From the IMG/VR virus record IMGVR_UViG_3300023179_000090: a DNA stretch of 20,000 nucleotides, one strand, 5' to 3'. Below are positions 16,607 to 20,000 of this stretch, piece after piece (position 1 is the first letter of the stretch; each line of letters opens with the position of its first letter). A model generated the notes under the pieces. The model was not told the DNA's origin. It saw only the letters and a list, made by a program, of their open reading frames with translations, and made no database searches. The position numbers and the translations under genes were made by a program. This DNA comes from an uncultured virus (IMG/VR IMGVR_UViG_3300023179_000090). Taxonomy: Duplodnaviria > Heunggongvirae > Uroviricota > Caudoviricetes > Demerecviridae.

Positions 16607-17242
16607 ATGACTAAAACTTATAAACCAACTACTGGCATGGCTAGTGCGGCTAGACGTGCACTTAAATGGAAAAGCGAAGGTAAGCCTGGAGGTACATTTG
16701 TTGGCTTAGCCAGAGCTAATCAATTAAAAGATCGTGATCCACTAAGTGCAAGTACTGTATTACGTATGTATAGCTTTTTTAGTAGACATGAGGTAGACAA
16801 ACGTGCTCAGGGATTTAATAGTGGAGAAGAAGGTTTTCCCAGTAAAGGTCGTGTAGCTTGGGATCTTTGGGGTGGTGATGGTGGTTATACATGGAGTAGG
16901 GCTAAGCGCGATCAAATTATGCGTGATCGTGAAAGCAAAGCACTACAATTAGTAAAACTTGCTCAAAAAGGTATAGTTCCACATACTGATAGAATGATTA
17001 TTGCACAAGTATTAGAAGATTATGCTAATCAAAATATTAGTGAAGAACTAGAAGCTTTTGGTCAATTTATGTATCATGCAGAACTTCTTAGAAATGATCA
17101 CTTAGATGTATATTTATTTGATCTACACATGGTAGATCAACCTTATCGTGACATACTAGTAGATGTATTTAGTCAACTACACGATATGGGCGAGCCATAT
17201 ATAGTAGATGATGAAGATAGCAACTTAGATACGCCAATATAA
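16607..17242 (+). CDS. Phage protein with conserved N-terminal domain (GGT.VG.ARA...RM.SFFSRHEVDK...PS.GR.AW.LWGGD.G) and acidic C-terminal domain
   Basis: The N-terminal ~105 aa match a motif I recognise from phage head-morphogenesis-associated proteins of unknown function. 1-nt gap after the cyclase stop. Confidence 0.7.
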   Translation: MTKTYKPTTGMASAARRALKWKSEGKPGGTFVGLARANQLKDRDPLSASTVLRMYSFFSRHEVDKRAQGFNSGEEGFPSKGRVAWDLWGGDGGYTWSRAKRDQIMRDRESKALQLVKLAQKGIVPHTDRMIIAQVLEDYANQNISEELEAFGQFMYHAELLRNDHLDVYLFDLHMVDQPYRDILVDVFSQLHDMGEPYIVDDEDSNLDTPI

Positions 17243-17246
17243 AAAC

Positions 17247-17276
17247 AAAAAAGCCCGCTATATGCGGGCTTTTTTT
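17247..17276. terminator. Bidirectional rho-independent terminator
   Basis: AAAAAAGCCCGC-TATAT-GCGGGCTTTTTTT: GC stem flanked by A- and T-tracts, sitting between convergent genes. Confidence 0.93.
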
Positions 17277-17466
17277 ATTGTTGTGATTCTTGTTGTTGCT
17301 TCAACATAACTTGTTGTGCGTTATACTGAGCATGAATTTTATTAATAATAGGTACAGCAATTTTAGTTGGTAATTCTTGTAGTCCACTAATAATGTAGTT
17401 GACTTCCGTTAAATTAAAGCTATAGTTAAATTCTCTATATTCTGTTTGATTTGTTTCTTCATTCAT
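17275..17466 (-). CDS. Small helical hypothetical protein (63 aa)
   Basis: Likely start ATG at 17466 overlapping the RNR stop (ATGA). MNEETNQTEY...LTEVNYIISGLQELPTKIAVPIINKIHAQ. Its stop lies at the terminator edge. Confidence 0.7.
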   Translation of the reverse strand: MNEETNQTEYREFNYSFNLTEVNYIISGLQELPTKIAVPIINKIHAQYNAQQVMLKQQQESQQ

Positions 17467-19427
17467 TTTACAGGGCAAACTCCACTTGTACATTCATCAT
17501 CTAATAGTTCATCAAAGCTATTAGCACTTTCTATATCAATTGGTTTTAAGTTATACACATAGTCTTTATATGTTTTTTCGTCTACTACTTCTTGTGGTAG
17601 ATAGAGATAACCTAAATCTTGAGCAGTTTTAGTAGGATCAGTTCTATAGATAAAACTTACACCTACATAGCAATCCCAATTGTTTAATAACCAATCAATA
17701 ATTTCTGTAACTTCACTAGGATCATAACTAATTGTTACCGATGTATTTTGCTGTGTCCAGCTAGTTTGCAATAACTTATATCGTTCTAGCTGATGTATAG
17801 CACTTTCTAGGTTAACCTCTTTACCGTTCTCTTTATGAAACGGCACATCTTTCCACTCTACTGGGAATGTTACTAGGACGCCGGTTGGATCTGTAGGATG
17901 ATTAATCACTTTATATCCAGCATCTCGTAATATTGGAATCATTGGATCGTAAGTACTAAATTGTACATTATTGAAAATGTACTTGCCTAATGGCTTATGT
18001 ACACCTTCTGTACAATCCATAATCTTTGATAGCGTGCCACTAGGTTTAACACAGGTAACATTTTTAGGACGTGGTAAACCTAATTCATCTGCCATACTAA
18101 TAGCACTTGATGTAGCTGTGCGTTTTAAGTATTCATAATCATAGCTAGTCATATCAGGACGCATTGCAATACCTGTTAAACCAACCCCGCAGAGACGTAG
18201 GAAATAGTTGTTAAGGTGCCATGCTTCTTGTAAGATCCCGTCTTTAAGGTTAACACAGGTCTGACGATAATTTGCCCTGGCAGCCAATCTGATCGCATCG
18301 TGTAATCCTGCGGTGTCACCTTTAAACTTGGAGATATCCGTTTCCGTAAGGTTACAGAAGGCTTTGTTACCCAGCAAGATTTCAACACAGGGATTTGCTC
18401 CTTTAAACCACGGAGCGCGTCTAAGAGCTTCTTGTTCATTAATAAATCCTGGTTCACTGCCACCAGCCTCTAGCATAAGATTAAAAATCTCTTTTAGCTC
18501 TTGACGTGTTGGCTTTTCTTTAAATACTAAACTGTTATTTGATTGTTGACGATGTTCGCGATTATATAGCCAAAAATCTTTTTTAGCTATAGCAAATTCT
18601 TGCCATTCCGGTTGACCATAGTCAAAAAGAGCGATTTCAGCACTTCTACGACTGGATAAGATCGTTCCAAGATGATTAATAATGTCAAGAATATCCATCC
18701 TAGTAAGAAGGCTATCAGCCCGACCATTAAGTATGTTGGCAATTGCAACATAAGCTTTTGAGATAGCACTGTCACCACTGCTAATCCATCCATATCCTTT
18801 TAACCTTTCTCCTGCTGGTCTTAGTTGACTAAAATCAAGTACAAGAGTAGTAGCAGGATACTTGCCCGCAAGAAGCTTTCCAATAGACTTGGCCCATGCT
18901 TCTGCACTGTCTCCAACTTGAATTGTCCAAGTTTTTGTTGCTGGATCCCAAGTTTCAACATTATGTTCAAGTCCTCCTTTAGTTGTTCGTTGACTTTTAA
19001 TAACTTCGATATTTTTAATTGGTTTTGAGAATCCATTTAGTGTGCCTACAATAGGTTTGAAGCCCACACCACAACCTTGAAGTAGTAGCCACAAACAGTC
19101 TACTACATCATACACTGTTTCTACTTGTGTAAAACTACAATTAAATTGACTGGCTTCTCTAGTTTGTGCTACTGTAGTACCACCTAGCCAAAGTGTACGT
19201 CCAGCCATTAATACTTTGCGCTCTAGCATTAGTTTTTCTAGTTGATCTAGTTCTTCTACTTCGTTGAAGTAAAGCTGACGTCCTACAGCTCGCTCCCATA
19301 ACCAGTGCTGATGATCTTTAACTCGCCTAACAGTTTGTTGCCAGTTTTCAAATTGTTTACCATCATCACTAATAGGACGATTATAAGTTCGTCTAGTAAT
19401 TACTTGTGCGCGTGTACTTACTTGCAT
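17463..19427 (-). CDS. nrdJ: Class II adenosylcobalamin-dependent ribonucleotide reductase (monomeric RTPR-like)
   Basis: FNCSF, LLLQGCGVGF, ANPCVEI (thiyl-radical Cys), FCNLTE, TCVKPSGTLS, C-terminal CTSGVCPVK redox pair. SD AGGAG. No small-subunit gene adjacent. Confidence 0.92.
   Translation of the reverse strand: MQVSTRAQVITRRTYNRPISDDGKQFENWQQTVRRVKDHQHWLWERAVGRQLYFNEVEELDQLEKLMLERKVLMAGRTLWLGGTTVAQTREASQFNCSFTQVETVYDVVDCLWLLLQGCGVGFKPIVGTLNGFSKPIKNIEVIKSQRTTKGGLEHNVETWDPATKTWTIQVGDSAEAWAKSIGKLLAGKYPATTLVLDFSQLRPAGERLKGYGWISSGDSAISKAYVAIANILNGRADSLLTRMDILDIINHLGTILSSRRSAEIALFDYGQPEWQEFAIAKKDFWLYNREHRQQSNNSLVFKEKPTRQELKEIFNLMLEAGGSEPGFINEQEALRRAPWFKGANPCVEILLGNKAFCNLTETDISKFKGDTAGLHDAIRLAARANYRQTCVNLKDGILQEAWHLNNYFLRLCGVGLTGIAMRPDMTSYDYEYLKRTATSSAISMADELGLPRPKNVTCVKPSGTLSKIMDCTEGVHKPLGKYIFNNVQFSTYDPMIPILRDAGYKVINHPTDPTGVLVTFPVEWKDVPFHKENGKEVNLESAIHQLERYKLLQTSWTQQNTSVTISYDPSEVTEIIDWLLNNWDCYVGVSFIYRTDPTKTAQDLGYLYLPQEVVDEKTYKDYVYNLKPIDIESANSFDELLDDECTSGVCPVK
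18176..18439 (-). CDS. Candidate overprinted +1-frame ORF inside nrdJ (87 aa, basic)
   Basis: AGGA-tttatta-ATG start. The ORF limits coincide with a patch of strongly elevated G/C at nrdJ third codon positions. Confidence 0.3.
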   Translation of the reverse strand: MNKKLLDALRGLKEQIPVLKSCWVTKPSVTLRKRISPSLKVTPQDYTMRSDWLPGQIIVRPVLTLKTGSYKKHGTLTTISYVSAGLV

Positions 19428-19435
19428 AATTTCTC

Positions 19436-19924
19436 CTATTGTCCGGTACTGCCAAATCCTCCAGTACCACGTTTTGTATCATTCCAGCTGTCAACAAAAT
19501 TACAAATAATTACTGGAATAATTACTAGTTGTGCAATTCTATCGCCAATATTAATTTCATACTTGTCATCGCTAATATTTTTTAGTGCTACTTTTATATT
19601 TCCACGATAATCACTGTCAATAACGCCTACTGAATTAAGTAAAATAATTCCCTTTTTACCTTGTCCCGATCTGTTAAATACGAACCCGGCGAAGCCTTCT
19701 GGAATTTTTACCGCTACACCAGTATCAACAAGTTTTGTTTCATTTGGATAAATATCTAAATTTTCGGTACTGCGTAGGTCAGCACCAGCATCGGTAGGAT
19801 TAGCACGTTTTGGTAAGTAGGCTGCGTTCTCTACTCTACACTCTACTACTTGTTGTAGATTGCTATCACGATTATGATCATAGCTACGATTGATATTTGT
19901 AAATTCTGTTATATATTTTTTCAT
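19436..19924 (-). CDS. dut: Trimeric dUTPase
   Basis: Five motifs: AGADL, RSG, GVIDSDYRG, GDRIAQLV, RGTGGFGSTG. ATG at 19924 is preferred over the TTG at 19969. Confidence 0.95.
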   Translation of the reverse strand: MKKYITEFTNINRSYDHNRDSNLQQVVECRVENAAYLPKRANPTDAGADLRSTENLDIYPNETKLVDTGVAVKIPEGFAGFVFNRSGQGKKGIILLNSVGVIDSDYRGNIKVALKNISDDKYEINIGDRIAQLVIIPVIICNFVDSWNDTKRGTGGFGSTGQ

Positions 19925-19928
19925 TTTA

Positions 19929-20000
19929 TTACCACGATTGTGTTGCAAGATCAATATTATAAACACCAATAAAAGTAGTAACTAATTGTGACCAATTATT
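19929..20000 (-). CDS. 3' end of an upstream gene (partial)
   Basis: Minus-strand frame is open from the window edge: NNWSQLVTTFIGVYNIDLATQSW*, ending 4 nt before the dut ATG. Confidence 0.4.
   Translation of the reverse strand, partial: NNWSQLVTTFIGVYNIDLATQSW

Noticed and set aside
17463..19427. Intein or intron in nrdJ
   Set aside because: Continuous 654-aa ORF with contiguous motifs. No intein terminal signature or endonuclease insert.
18313..19610. + strand ORFs 18313..18504, 18825..19028 and 19305..19610
   Set aside because: Antisense shadows of nrdJ and dut.
1..20000. CRISPR arrays, tRNAs, integrase or IS elements
   Set aside because: No regularly spaced repeats, no intergenic space large enough for a tRNA, and no recombinase or transposase motifs seen.

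Overview
AT-rich fragment of a large tailed dsDNA phage of a Gram-negative host (two-component spanins, lipoproteins). The + strand (1-17242) is one tightly packed operon. It opens with three paralogous virion/tail-appendage proteins carrying different inserted domains. Next comes a lysis region in which the i-spanin and o-spanin are separated by a collagen-like plus Gly-rich two-gene cassette, followed by a GH19 endolysin. After that is a block of small membrane/exported proteins, including a stand-alone chemoreceptor-type periplasmic sensor with no output domain, then PhoH and a class III nucleotidyl cyclase fused to SEL1-like repeats with non-canonical specificity residues. A bidirectional intrinsic terminator (17247-17276) separates this from a convergent nucleotide-metabolism unit (dUTPase, class II B12-dependent RNR, small ORF). 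Most notable: the orphan sensor plus cyclase next to the lysis genes, and a sharp high-GC3 patch in the RNR gene that coincides with a +1-frame ORF with its own SD. All family calls are from motif recognition by eye, not from database searches.
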